From positions 1 to 40,887 of IMG/VR virus record IMGVR_UViG_3300038492_000133: a stretch of DNA of 40,887 bases; one strand, 5' to 3'. Source of the stretch: a virus. Its lineage: Duplodnaviria; Caudoviricetes. Position numbers and translations under genes: made by a program. Under the pieces are notes generated by a model. That model saw only the letters and a program-made list of their open reading frames with translations, did no database searches and was not told the origin of the DNA. Each line of letters begins with the position of its first letter. Position 1 is the stretch's first letter. Positions 26,351 to 35,012 of the stretch are shown piece after piece.

Positions 26351-28081
26351 ATGGTCACCCGCAAACAGTTAGTTGGCCACCTGCAGACGCCAGGCGGCCC
26401 CCCGCAAGTCGTTGAATTCGTTAACCAGCAGAGACCGGTGCTCACGAATCGTGAACTTGCCGGGGGCCTCCAGTGGGTTAACGGAGATTACGAGTCCGGA
26501 AACGTCCTGCGATATGGAGCAAAGGGCGACGGCACCACACCGGACTCAGGGGCCTTCAATGAGATTGGGGACATTCTTGATGAGTTAGATGAGGCGGACG
26601 GCTACGTCATCATTATCCCTCCGGGCGACTACTTAATCGATAGCACGGTCGTCTGGAACAAAGACAATGTCGTAGTGCTCGCGCATGGCGCACGCTTCAT
26701 ACCCGATAGCGACATCACGCTATTCGATTTCAATTCGAACGCTTTACCCGACGATTCGATTATCCGGCGAAGTGTTTATTGGTATGGGGGGTTTTTTGAC
26801 TACGGCGATGGTCCTACGTCGCTTGTAGCAACGGGAATCAAGAACAATGCAGCTCGTTCGTTCACCGTCAAAGATGTGCGATTTCGCGGACTGAAGCACG
26901 GAGTTGAGGTTGGCGCGCTGGATAGCATTCGAGTGTCGGGATGCTTCTTTAGGAACTTCGAAAGGGGTGTCTATTTCCCGAAGTTTTATACCTACTCAGG
27001 AACTCATACCGGCTCTAACAACGCCTCCACCCTTACCGACTCTACTCAGTCGTGGGCGACTAACGAACTACTCAATGGAACCATCACAAACACAACGGAT
27101 GGTAGTTCCGGGACCATAACCGCCAATACCGCAACGACTGTTACAGCTACTCTATCTGGCGGAACCGATAACGATTGGGACACCAGTGATGCCTATGAAG
27201 TTACAAAACTCCAAACCGCGCAAGACATCTGGATTTCGGATTCGAACTTTAGTGTAAAGGGCGGCATTGATGCTACCTGCATAGACAACACGGGTGGAGG
27301 GTTTGATCTAACAGTTAGGGATTGCGGTGTTGCTTTGAATGCTGGTGTCAGCGACACCATGAAATTCTACTATCACCAACTCGGCAATGCCGTGCTGGAT
27401 GGTGGGATACGGATCCTCGACAGCGCAACTGAGCAAGCCACTGATCAAACCCTGATAGACATCGATGACAATTCCACTACGGATAATCTCGATGGTTTAG
27501 ATGTTGTCGGGTGTCATTTCGGCAGCTCTGGTGCCACGGTTATCAGTGGTGACCGAATAGAGGGCAAGAGCAACTTCTTGCGCAATAAGTTCGACGGCGC
27601 AAACCAGACTGCGATTCTAATCGGCGCGCTTCGTCCCGACGCAATCTGCAACATCGATGGTAATCGCTTTGATCAGACAGCAACGGCCGGCGGAACGCTG
27701 TGGGATATCTCAACACAGACAACAGCGGAAGTTCGGATAGGCGTCAATAGCTACAACTCCTCTGATATCGGCACGCGGACGATTAGTTCGAATACCACAA
27801 TAACCTACGCAGAATTTCGCAACTACACAGTCGCTTCAGCCTCAACCATTACGATAGAGCCGGACGCTCGAACGGTTGAGATAACCGGAACGACGACAAT
27901 CAACACAATCAATGCGACATGGAAGGGGCATGTCGTGCGGTTTCTATTCAATAGCGTAGTAACGGTAACTGACAGCACCGGAAACATTGATCTCGGCGCC
28001 AACTTCGTGGCTGCTGGCAATAATGACATGTTGACACTGTACTGCGATGGTTCCAGATGGCGCGACGAAGGTCTTAACTAG
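26351..28081 (+). CDS. Tailspike / receptor-binding beta-helix (pectate_lyase_3-like)
   Basis: NVLRYGAKGDGTTPDSGAF, IIPPGDYLI, beta-helix repeats. Confidence 0.85.
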   Translation: MVTRKQLVGHLQTPGGPPQVVEFVNQQRPVLTNRELAGGLQWVNGDYESGNVLRYGAKGDGTTPDSGAFNEIGDILDELDEADGYVIIIPPGDYLIDSTVVWNKDNVVVLAHGARFIPDSDITLFDFNSNALPDDSIIRRSVYWYGGFFDYGDGPTSLVATGIKNNAARSFTVKDVRFRGLKHGVEVGALDSIRVSGCFFRNFERGVYFPKFYTYSGTHTGSNNASTLTDSTQSWATNELLNGTITNTTDGSSGTITANTATTVTATLSGGTDNDWDTSDAYEVTKLQTAQDIWISDSNFSVKGGIDATCIDNTGGGFDLTVRDCGVALNAGVSDTMKFYYHQLGNAVLDGGIRILDSATEQATDQTLIDIDDNSTTDNLDGLDVVGCHFGSSGATVISGDRIEGKSNFLRNKFDGANQTAILIGALRPDAICNIDGNRFDQTATAGGTLWDISTQTTAEVRIGVNSYNSSDIGTRTISSNTTITYAEFRNYTVASASTITIEPDARTVEITGTTTINTINATWKGHVVRFLFNSVVTVTDSTGNIDLGANFVAAGNNDMLTLYCDGSRWRDEGLN

Positions 28082-28422
28082 TGACTTTGGGCCAAGCGCA
28101 ACGTGAATTTTCACAAGACATCGCGCGCCTGATTCTATGGATATACGAACAGGGCTATGAAGTGTCTTTCGGCGACGCCTACCGCTCTCCCAAAGCCTTC
28201 GGCGGCATGGGCGAGAAAGGCCCGTATGGACGCGCTAGGAGCGCCCACAAGCAGCGTCTAGCGGTCGATCTGAACCTTTTCAGGGATGGCGTCTACCTAT
28301 CCAAGACCGAGGATCACGCGCCAATAGGCGCGTACTGGTGCTCGATGCGTGATGACAACGTATGGGGCGGTGACTTTGACGACGGCAACCACTACTCCAA
28401 GCGCTACGGAGGCATAGCGTGA
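28081..28422 (+). CDS. Endolysin, M15 family Zn peptidase
   Basis: GDAYRS, SAHKQRLAVD, WGGDF.DGNHYS. Confidence 0.9.
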   Translation: MTLGQAQREFSQDIARLILWIYEQGYEVSFGDAYRSPKAFGGMGEKGPYGRARSAHKQRLAVDLNLFRDGVYLSKTEDHAPIGAYWCSMRDDNVWGGDFDDGNHYSKRYGGIA

Positions 28423-28649
28423 ACAATACAGAAAAGTACGGAGGAGCGGGCGCTGCGGCAGGATTAGCGTACTTCACGATCATGTTCGTTACTCCTCGGC
28501 TTGACTGGCTGACAGAGGCCAATCAGGTGGAAGCAGTATCAATGCTGTTTCCGATATACGCCGCCTTGTTCTTTAACGTCAGAGCGGCATTCGTTTGGTG
28601 TATCGCGCAACTTGGGAGTCGAAATGCACCGACACCTGATGACGAGTAG
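28419..28649 (+). CDS. Holin/antiholin candidate
   Basis: Small, 2 TM, within the lysis cassette. Confidence 0.55.
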   Translation: MNNTEKYGGAGAAAGLAYFTIMFVTPRLDWLTEANQVEAVSMLFPIYAALFFNVRAAFVWCIAQLGSRNAPTPDDE

Positions 28650-28836
28650 CGCCAAACAAATATCTGCAGATGCCGCCGCGGTTGTGTCTGGGGGCGCCGC
28701 TACCTGGACTTGGATAGCGAACCTCAATGATATCTTGCAGTTGCTCGCAACGGTCATAGCCATCGTGTCCGGTATCTACGCCATTTGCTATCACCGCCGA
28801 AAGTACAGAGAGCTTGATGAGTCTTCTGAAGATTAG
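28639..28836 (+). CDS. Holin candidate
   Basis: TM helix followed by a charged C-terminus (HRRKYRELDE). Confidence 0.6.
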   Translation: MTSSAKQISADAAAVVSGGAATWTWIANLNDILQLLATVIAIVSGIYAICYHRRKYRELDESSED

Positions 28837-29110
28837 GGCGAAGCTCTACGCCCTCGGAGCGATAGTCCTGACCGTATTGGGCTTTCTCGCCCGCATTTTC
28901 TTTCTCAAACACCAGCGCAACCGGGCCAGGGACGCAGCGGAGCACTATAAGGCCGCTGCAAACAGAGCCAGGATTGTCGCGGAGAAACACAATGAGATTG
29001 AAGAACAAACCCGCGCCAGACGTGCCGACGCTCTCAAGGAGCTTGAAGATACTGGCGGCTCTGAGCTGTTTCGCGATCCTAACAAGCTGCGGGACGACAC
29101 CAACAACTGA
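28817..29110 (+). CDS. Inner-membrane spanin (Rz-like)
   Basis: N-terminal TM plus coiled coil. Confidence 0.65.
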   Translation: MSLLKIRAKLYALGAIVLTVLGFLARIFFLKHQRNRARDAAEHYKAAANRARIVAEKHNEIEEQTRARRADALKELEDTGGSELFRDPNKLRDDTNN

Positions 29111-29264
29111 TCCCTTACCGTGTCCGCTCTACCCGGAGCTGATAACGATAGATGAGGAGCTGTCTGCCGCCACGCCCAAGCACGTGCAGGCAATCGTCAT
29201 TCAGAACTACATCCTCCTCGATGAGTACGCGCGAAAGCTCGAAGTGATGGCTGGTTGTAAGTGA
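29043..29264 (+). CDS. Outer-membrane lipoprotein spanin (Rz1-like)
   Basis: Lipobox LTSC, Pro-rich PLPCPLYP; overlaps the i-spanin 3' end. Confidence 0.7.
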   Translation: MKILAALSCFAILTSCGTTPTTDPLPCPLYPELITIDEELSAATPKHVQAIVIQNYILLDEYARKLEVMAGCK

Positions 29265-29677
29265 CGACCATTGCGTATCGCGACAACGTTCTGGCGTGCG
29301 ATTCGCGAATGACCGGCGGCTTTATCAGTGTCTGCCAGACCAAGGTACTTCAGGGACCACGAGGGTTAGTTGGCTTCTCAGGGGACCCCATATCGGGCTA
29401 CACGGGCGCCCTCTACCTCTGTGGTGACGCTCAGGACCGACCGATAACGGCAGGCGCCGACTGCTGGTATCTAGCTCTACGTCCTGATGGGGTTTATCTG
29501 ATCGACAGCGAGTTCCGAGAGCTTCCTCTCAAGGGCAACAAGTACTACGCCATCGGCTCTGGCGAGCAGGCCGCAATGGTGGCCATGCACATGGGCGCAA
29601 CGGCAGCAGAGGCCGTCAAGATGGCGATTCGGGTGGATGAGTACAGCGGCGGAACCGTCAAGGAGTTCACGCTATGA
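29261..29677 (+). CDS. Ntn-hydrolase, proteasome-beta/HslV-like peptidase
   Basis: N-terminal TTIAY..VLACDSR, AIGSG, D.YSGG. Confidence 0.85.
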   Translation: MTTIAYRDNVLACDSRMTGGFISVCQTKVLQGPRGLVGFSGDPISGYTGALYLCGDAQDRPITAGADCWYLALRPDGVYLIDSEFRELPLKGNKYYAIGSGEQAAMVAMHMGATAAEAVKMAIRVDEYSGGTVKEFTL

Positions 29678-29838
29678 AGGTACTAAGAGCACTTGGCCGG
29701 ATGTTCCTTACGGCCTTATTTGCGGTGGTTCTGATCTTGGTTCTCATCGTGTTCGGCAATCAGATGTATCTAGCGGGGTACTGGAACGCACTAAACGACG
29801 TGAAGGAATCGGAGACAGTATATGAAAGTCGTCTCTAG
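29674..29838 (+). CDS. Small membrane protein (not in ORF track)
   Basis: AAGGAG RBS; MKVLRALGRMFLTALFAVVLILVLIVFGN... Confidence 0.5.
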   Translation: MKVLRALGRMFLTALFAVVLILVLIVFGNQMYLAGYWNALNDVKESETVYESRL

Positions 29839-30280
29839 AAAAGAGGTTCGTGAGAACTTCGTATATGACGGCCGCCACTTACGCCACAAAAGAACTCGAC
29901 AAGGTGTCTGGGAGCATCAAGTCGGGAAGATCGCTGGCCATGTGGATAAGCTCGGATATCGGATAGTCAAGTTTCGACAGCGCGCCTACAAAGAACATCG
30001 ACTGATTTGGTTGCTCGTGTATGGTTATTGGCCGATAGAAATTGATCACATAAACAGAAATAAATCAGACAACCGGTTGGAGAACCTCAGGGAGGGCACC
30101 CACACTGACAACATGCGCAATCGTGATCCACGAGGTTGGAGTAGCTCTGGCCACGTCGGGGTTACGAAATCACGGAACAAATACAAAGCACGACTTGGGC
30201 AACGACACCTGGGACACTTCGACAAGATCGAAGACGCTATTGCTGCACGCAAGCAGGCTGAATCTCAGTATTGGGCATGA
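29822..30280 (+). CDS. HNH homing endonuclease (HNH_3 plus AP2-like)
   Basis: HRLIW, IDHINRNKSDNRLENLR, HLGHF...AIAARKQAE. Confidence 0.9.
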   Translation: MKVVSRKEVRENFVYDGRHLRHKRTRQGVWEHQVGKIAGHVDKLGYRIVKFRQRAYKEHRLIWLLVYGYWPIEIDHINRNKSDNRLENLREGTHTDNMRNRDPRGWSSSGHVGVTKSRNKYKARLGQRHLGHFDKIEDAIAARKQAESQYWA

Positions 30281-31041
30281 CTCGGCACCTATTCGTCCCG
30301 GACACACAAGTCAGGGACGGCGTTCCCACAGATCATATCGAGGCGCTTGGGAACTACATAGAGCATAAGCGCTTCGAGAAAATCATCGTTGCCGGCGATT
30401 GGTGGGACATGCCAGCCACGAGCAACTACAACACGGCCAGGGAGAGAGAGGGCCTTCGCGTAGTTGACGACATAGACTCCGGTAATCGCGCCATGCATAA
30501 GCTCTGGCGGGCTGTGGAAAGGCGCAACCAGAAGGTCGCGGGCTGGAAGAAAAAGCAGTACCAGCCCGAGAAGCATTTCCTATTTGGAAACCACGAATGC
30601 CACCTGGAAAGGCTGTGGCAGAACGACCCTCGATTAGAGCGATTGATCGGCTATGACGCACTAGCCCTTGATCGCTACGGATTCATCACCCATCCATTCA
30701 AACAGATCCTTGAGCTAGATGGCCTTTCCTACTGCCACTATTTCTACAACCCAACCTCGGGTCGGCCTTACTCGGGGATGATCGAGACCAGGCTGAAGAA
30801 CATCGGCTTCAGCTTCACCCAGGGACACGCTCAGGAATTCGCTTACGGAGAGCGCCAATTGCCGAATGGCAGAAAGCTGTTTGGACTGGTGGCTGGCGCC
30901 TTCTACATGCACGACGAGGACTACAAGGGCCCTCAGGGGAATAGTCATTGGCGGGGGGTCATCGTAAAGAACGAAGTTCGGGACGGACACTATGACCTTT
31001 GCAAAGTTTCTCTCGATTATCTGCTTCGCAAGTATTTGTAG
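30277..31041 (+). CDS. Calcineurin-like metallophosphoesterase
   Basis: PDTQ, GDWWD, GNHE, TQGH motifs. Confidence 0.88.
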   Translation: MTRHLFVPDTQVRDGVPTDHIEALGNYIEHKRFEKIIVAGDWWDMPATSNYNTAREREGLRVVDDIDSGNRAMHKLWRAVERRNQKVAGWKKKQYQPEKHFLFGNHECHLERLWQNDPRLERLIGYDALALDRYGFITHPFKQILELDGLSYCHYFYNPTSGRPYSGMIETRLKNIGFSFTQGHAQEFAYGERQLPNGRKLFGLVAGAFYMHDEDYKGPQGNSHWRGVIVKNEVRDGHYDLCKVSLDYLLRKYL

Positions 31042-31240
31042 CTGCACGCCCCTAACCGAAGCAGAGCGGTTCGAACGCCAGTACGCGCACGCCGAGAAGA
31101 TGGAGAAGTGGTATCACTACGAGCAGCAGTGCAAGAACACCGTGGGCTACGTGTGGTACTGCAACGCCGATGAGCAAATGGTCAGGCGGGCTCCGTGGGC
31201 GCATTGTGGATGCGCGAGATACGAGAGCCTGTGGCGATGA
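30992..31240 (+). CDS. Small putative lipoprotein
   Basis: Signal-like N-terminus ending ICSC. Confidence 0.45.
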   Translation: MTFAKFLSIICFASICSCTPLTEAERFERQYAHAEKMEKWYHYEQQCKNTVGYVWYCNADEQMVRRAPWAHCGCARYESLWR

Positions 31241-31515
31241 AAGAGCCCTACGAGCGAGAGTACGAGGAGCCCAGGTTCAAGCTCGTCTCAGCCCATGATT
31301 CCCAGATCGGTGGCAGTCACTACACCGAATGCGGCATACAGCCCGCCGACTACGCCATGGCCAATGGCTTCAACTACTACGAGTCCTTTGCCCTGAAGTA
31401 CCTGACCCGACACCGCCGAAAGAACGGGGCCGAGGACATCCGCAAGTCCATTCACTGCCTACAGTTGCTTCTGGAGGCCGAGTATGAACGTCCAGACGGC
31501 GCAGGACGAAATTGA
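31237..31515 (+). CDS. DUF3310 (SaV-like) protein
   Basis: QIGGSHY..IQP, KYLTRHRRKNGAEDIRKS. Confidence 0.85.
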   Translation: MKEPYEREYEEPRFKLVSAHDSQIGGSHYTECGIQPADYAMANGFNYYESFALKYLTRHRRKNGAEDIRKSIHCLQLLLEAEYERPDGAGRN

Positions 31516-31782
31516 TCGCCTGAATACGGAGATTCAGTCCTATGTGGATGACCTCGCAGAAGCCAAGGTTCTGCTGGTCGAGAAAGACGAGATCATTGCG
31601 AAGCTCAAGGGGCAATTGGCACTGCTGATAGCCGACCGGGACTATCCACATGACCAAGGCTGAGAAAAGGGCGTACGAGGAGCAGCAGATCAAGCTGCTA
31701 ATTCGTCAGCACCGCAACGCCGAGGCTATTGCGGCGTTCGAGCGGTACGTCACGAAACACCTGCCTGCCCGCAAGAAAAAAG

Positions 31783-31995
31783 CGTCTACACAGCCAAAAA
31801 AGAAGCCTGAAAAATAGCGGTCCTATATATATAAGGTGTAGACGATTTTGGGGCTAAGTCCGTGATTCTGCTAGAAAGCACAAATAACTCTTAATCCGCA
31901 GGTTCGGGGTTCGATTCCCCGGGGGCCCACCAATACCAACGCTTTCAGCTCGTTTCCCGTGAAACAGTGTCTACGCTATGAGCTTGTGTCAACAC
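31783..31995. repeat. Putative integrase arm-type sites GTC(T/A)AC(A/G)C flanking the att core
   Basis: CGTCTACAC 31783-31791 and its inverse 31836-31844; GTCTACGC 31969; GTCAACAC 31988; also CTCTACAC 32432. Confidence 0.6.
31887..31932 (+). other. attP core = 3' half of tRNA-Lys(CTT)
   Basis: Anticodon loop CTCTTAA, T-arm CGGGG-TTCGATT-CCCCG, ends CACCA; no 5' half or D-arm; near the integrase. Confidence 0.9.
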
Positions 31996-32428
31996 TTCCG
32001 ATGAACTTGTCTAGGAAATAGTCACGCATTCCAGAGATTTCAGCCAGGAAAATGCGCGGATCTCGATCACCCTTCTTGTCATTGCAACATACACACGCCG
32101 TCACAAGGTTGCCTAGTGCTGTCGCTCCTCCGCTTGTGTGAGGAATGAAGTGATCCATTACTAGATCCTGAGTAGTACCGCAATACACGCATTTATGCCC
32201 GTCTCGATCCATTACAGAGCGTCTAATCGTGTCATTTACCGACCGAATCATACCGAGCCGGTCGATGCGATCCCGCCTTTCCATACTGTTTAGTTCTAGG
32301 GCTCTCTGAATTGCGGCATCCTTGTCATTGGCAACTTTGGTCCATAGGCGCTTGCCCTTTCTCAGGACCACATAGTAGTAAGAGCCATGCTTCAAATGCA
32401 GTCTTGGGGGAAGATCTCGCATATTCAT
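31976..32428 (-). CDS. Integrase arm-binding-like domain fused to HNH endonuclease
   Basis: N-terminus LPPRLHLKHGSYYYV..KGKRLW resembles the Int N-terminus; RDGHKCVYCG, DHFIP, NLVTACVCCNDKKG. Confidence 0.85.
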   Translation of the reverse strand: MNMRDLPPRLHLKHGSYYYVVLRKGKRLWTKVANDKDAAIQRALELNSMERRDRIDRLGMIRSVNDTIRRSVMDRDGHKCVYCGTTQDLVMDHFIPHTSGGATALGNLVTACVCCNDKKGDRDPRIFLAEISGMRDYFLDKFIGSVDTSS

Positions 32429-32433
32429 TTCCT

Positions 32434-33345
32434 CTACACAACGGGCTTGATGCGCGTCATGCGCTTGTAGAGCTGCAGCATCCCCATCCCTTCCTCAGAG
32501 TCGCTTTCAGCCTTTGCCCTGAGGTCATGCCACGTCCACGTAGGACCGTCTACACGGGCCCTGATGCGCCGTAGGGCGCTGTGCATGCCCCATTCGGTCC
32601 ATTTCATCCCGCGGCTGTTCGTGAAGATATAGGCGCTCTCACAGCGGCTCGTGGCGCGTGTCACGAAGAACTGCAGGGCGTGGCTCCATTCGATGATCTT
32701 GATATTACCGGTCTTGCTCTCCTCCCATCGAATACCCTTGGGTGTGATCTGGGTTCGGAGTAGCCGACGCGCCTCTCCGGGACGCAGCCCCATCAGGTAG
32801 ATGCCTGCCATCAGGTCTTGAACGTAGTCCTCGGCGGCCTCGAAGCCCTTGAGAAACTCATCATCCCGAACGTAGCGATTTTTGGGCTTTTCCTTGTTTC
32901 GCTGCACGCCCAGACAGGGGTTGTACTTCGCAAGTCTGCGGCGGATTGCGTAGTTGAAGATGGATGACAGACAGGCGACTTCCCGGTTGGCAACAATGGG
33001 CGCGCCATCGGCTTTTCGACGCTCGAGATACTCGTAGATATCGGCTGAGTCGATATCGCTCGGCATGCTCTCACCGAAGACGCCGCGCAGGTTCCGCTTG
33101 ATGTAGGCTCGATAGTCGCGCTTGGTCCTCTCCGAGAGGTCTTCCATGCCGTTGGCAATGTAACGGTCCATGATGGCTGAGATAGTGCCGGTGTTGGCAC
33201 GTAGCAGCTTGGCGTAAGCGGCGTAGAGTGCCGCATCACCCTCAGAAACGCGTGTCAGCGCGACCCATCTGCGCTTTCCCTCGTACTGCCCAACGAAGTA
33301 GTAGCGCCCATGCTTGATGTGAACGTTATCGGGCAAGTGCTTCAA
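32434..33345 (-). CDS. int: Tyrosine integrase
   Basis: ANREVACLS, GLRPGE, ESKTG, HDLRAK; adjacent to attP. Confidence 0.92.
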   Translation of the reverse strand: MKHLPDNVHIKHGRYYFVGQYEGKRRWVALTRVSEGDAALYAAYAKLLRANTGTISAIMDRYIANGMEDLSERTKRDYRAYIKRNLRGVFGESMPSDIDSADIYEYLERRKADGAPIVANREVACLSSIFNYAIRRRLAKYNPCLGVQRNKEKPKNRYVRDDEFLKGFEAAEDYVQDLMAGIYLMGLRPGEARRLLRTQITPKGIRWEESKTGNIKIIEWSHALQFFVTRATSRCESAYIFTNSRGMKWTEWGMHSALRRIRARVDGPTWTWHDLRAKAESDSEEGMGMLQLYKRMTRIKPVV

Positions 33346-33526
33346 AATTCGGGCCTTTTTTCTTTCTAGCCCGACCTACTTGAGCGGCAGTCCAGGCTTC
33401 CTCTGTCGAGAATAGCCTACCATTCGCTTCTTTGAAGGGGAGTCCGGCCCTTTTCAGGGCGCGCTTCATCGCGGCCGTTTGTTTCAGGCCCGTGACCTCT
33501 TGGATCATTTCGTGGTCAATCAGCAT
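33326..33526 (-). CDS. Excisionase-like (DUF4224)
   Basis: EVTGLKQ....RALKRAGLPF...GR...PNFEAL; directly upstream of int. Confidence 0.7.
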   Translation of the reverse strand: MLIDHEMIQEVTGLKQTAAMKRALKRAGLPFKEANGRLFSTEEAWTAAQVGRARKKKGPNFEALAR

Positions 33527-33540
33527 GGTGCCTTGTCTGG

Positions 33541-34049
33541 TCAGGAACCGTCCTTCTCCGACAGTTTTTCTTTTAGTCGCCATATCCTGAGCGCCCCGAG
33601 TCTTGCGACCTTGTAGCGCTCGAAGTCACTGAGTTTTGTCGCTTCTTTGTTGGCCCTCGGCTTGCGAATGGTATGGCACAACCTAGGCCAAATGTACGTG
33701 CGCCCGTTGTACTTATCGACTGCGGGCTCGGCGCTATCGACGATGATGATTCCGGCGCGTTCCGGTACCAGGTCTGTGAAATCCCGTAGATAGTCGGGCA
33801 AGGCAAAGTACAGGAACTTAATCTTCCTGTTGTTGTGGCCGTGCCATTTCTTGGCGTCATTCTTCAGGTCGGCCTTCGTGACTTTGATTTCGACTTCCCA
33901 GGCCCAGCCTGCTGGCGTCAGCACGAACAAGTCACACTCGTGGACAGCCATCCCCCAAGTTACGTTACGTTCGGCACGATCAGATTTCGGCGATAGCCAA
34001 GGAAGTTCGCTAAAGCGACCTCCATGTCTGGGGTCTTAAGTTTGGGCAT
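33541..34049 (-). pseudogene. MmcB-like PD-(D/E)xK nuclease frameshifted by a 5-bp duplication
   Basis: Removing one TACGT copy at 33961-33970 restores ...RRNLIVPNVTWGMAVHECDLFVL...EVEIKVTKADL. Confidence 0.75.
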
Positions 34050-34416
34050 CGTCCTCATCCGACTGATGGCGTGCGTGGTGACTCGTAGCCTCGTCACGAA
34101 ATTCGCCCGAATCGGCCTCATCGGCACGCACATTGTTCTTTGTCGACCGTGCCAATTCTACGTCTGACACATTTGGCGGAATTTCCGATTCGATGATTGC
34201 AATTGTGTCCATGAGTTTGTCGGCGCTGAAAGGGTGGAACTGAGCACAATCGGCAGCATCTTGAATGCGCTGAAATCGCTTGTGTAATTGTTCAATCTCG
34301 TCAGCGTATCTACGCAAGCGGACTGCGGCGATAGTGAACAGTGGATCGTCGCTTATGACTTCTCCCAACTTCTCGATGAGCTGCGGTGTGTCGTGTTCGT
34401 GGCCGTCGTAGCTCAT
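34036..34416 (-). CDS. Hypothetical protein
   Basis: Tiles the leftward operon. Confidence 0.55.
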   Translation of the reverse strand: MSYDGHEHDTPQLIEKLGEVISDDPLFTIAAVRLRRYADEIEQLHKRFQRIQDAADCAQFHPFSADKLMDTIAIIESEIPPNVSDVELARSTKNNVRADEADSGEFRDEATSHHARHQSDEDDAQT

Positions 34417-34760
34417 GAGTCCTGACTACCTGAGTCCCTATTTCGATTGAATATCGAATCCTCGACAACCCAGCAAAACTCGCACTGCTCCTCAACGACC
34501 TCGTCCTCGCTGATCTGCCGAGGATACCCGCCACTGTCATTACAGTTCGGGCATTTCAGTCCTGCTGAAGCGGCGACCCAGCTTTGTAATTCAGAGTATT
34601 CAGTAGACACGCGGTCGAACTCACGTTCAAACCCCAACGCAATACCGAGCAGAATCTCGCCATCACGGATCGCGTCATCGTCGTCCATGTAATCTTCGGT
34701 GTTGGCGATCTTGTCGAGCTGTTTGCGTGCGACCTCAATGTCAAAACCTGTTTCACCCAT
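34413..34760 (-). CDS. Hypothetical Zn-ribbon protein
   Basis: CPNC...CEFC; GGAGG RBS. Confidence 0.6.
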   Translation of the reverse strand: MGETGFDIEVARKQLDKIANTEDYMDDDDAIRDGEILLGIALGFEREFDRVSTEYSELQSWVAASAGLKCPNCNDSGGYPRQISEDEVVEEQCEFCWVVEDSIFNRNRDSGSQDS

Positions 34761-34776
34761 CGTCAGAGCCTCCTTT

Positions 34777-34992
34777 CTACAGTTCCCGTTCGCCAACAAC
34801 TTTGGCATAGCCTTGTCGTTCCATAGCGAACCGCAAAAAGCCTATGTCGCCACTCATTGCGCGGACACTGTAATAACCGTTTTCGTCAGCGGTGTAGCTA
34901 CCATCCGGATTCTGGCCGACCACGCCGCCCAGCTGCTGTAGTGTTTGATCGAGTGCGGCTGGATTCTTAGTTTCAACTAAAAGCTCTTTCAT
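34777..34992 (-). CDS. Hypothetical protein
   Basis: AAGGAG RBS. Confidence 0.6.
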   Translation of the reverse strand: MKELLVETKNPAALDQTLQQLGGVVGQNPDGSYTADENGYYSVRAMSGDIGFLRFAMERQGYAKVVGEREL

Positions 34993-35012
34993 TTACGGTT
35001 CTCCTTCATCAG

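Noticed and set aside
31860-31932. Complete phage tRNA-Lys gene
   Set aside because: No 5' acceptor strand or D-arm upstream of the anticodon loop; it is an att core
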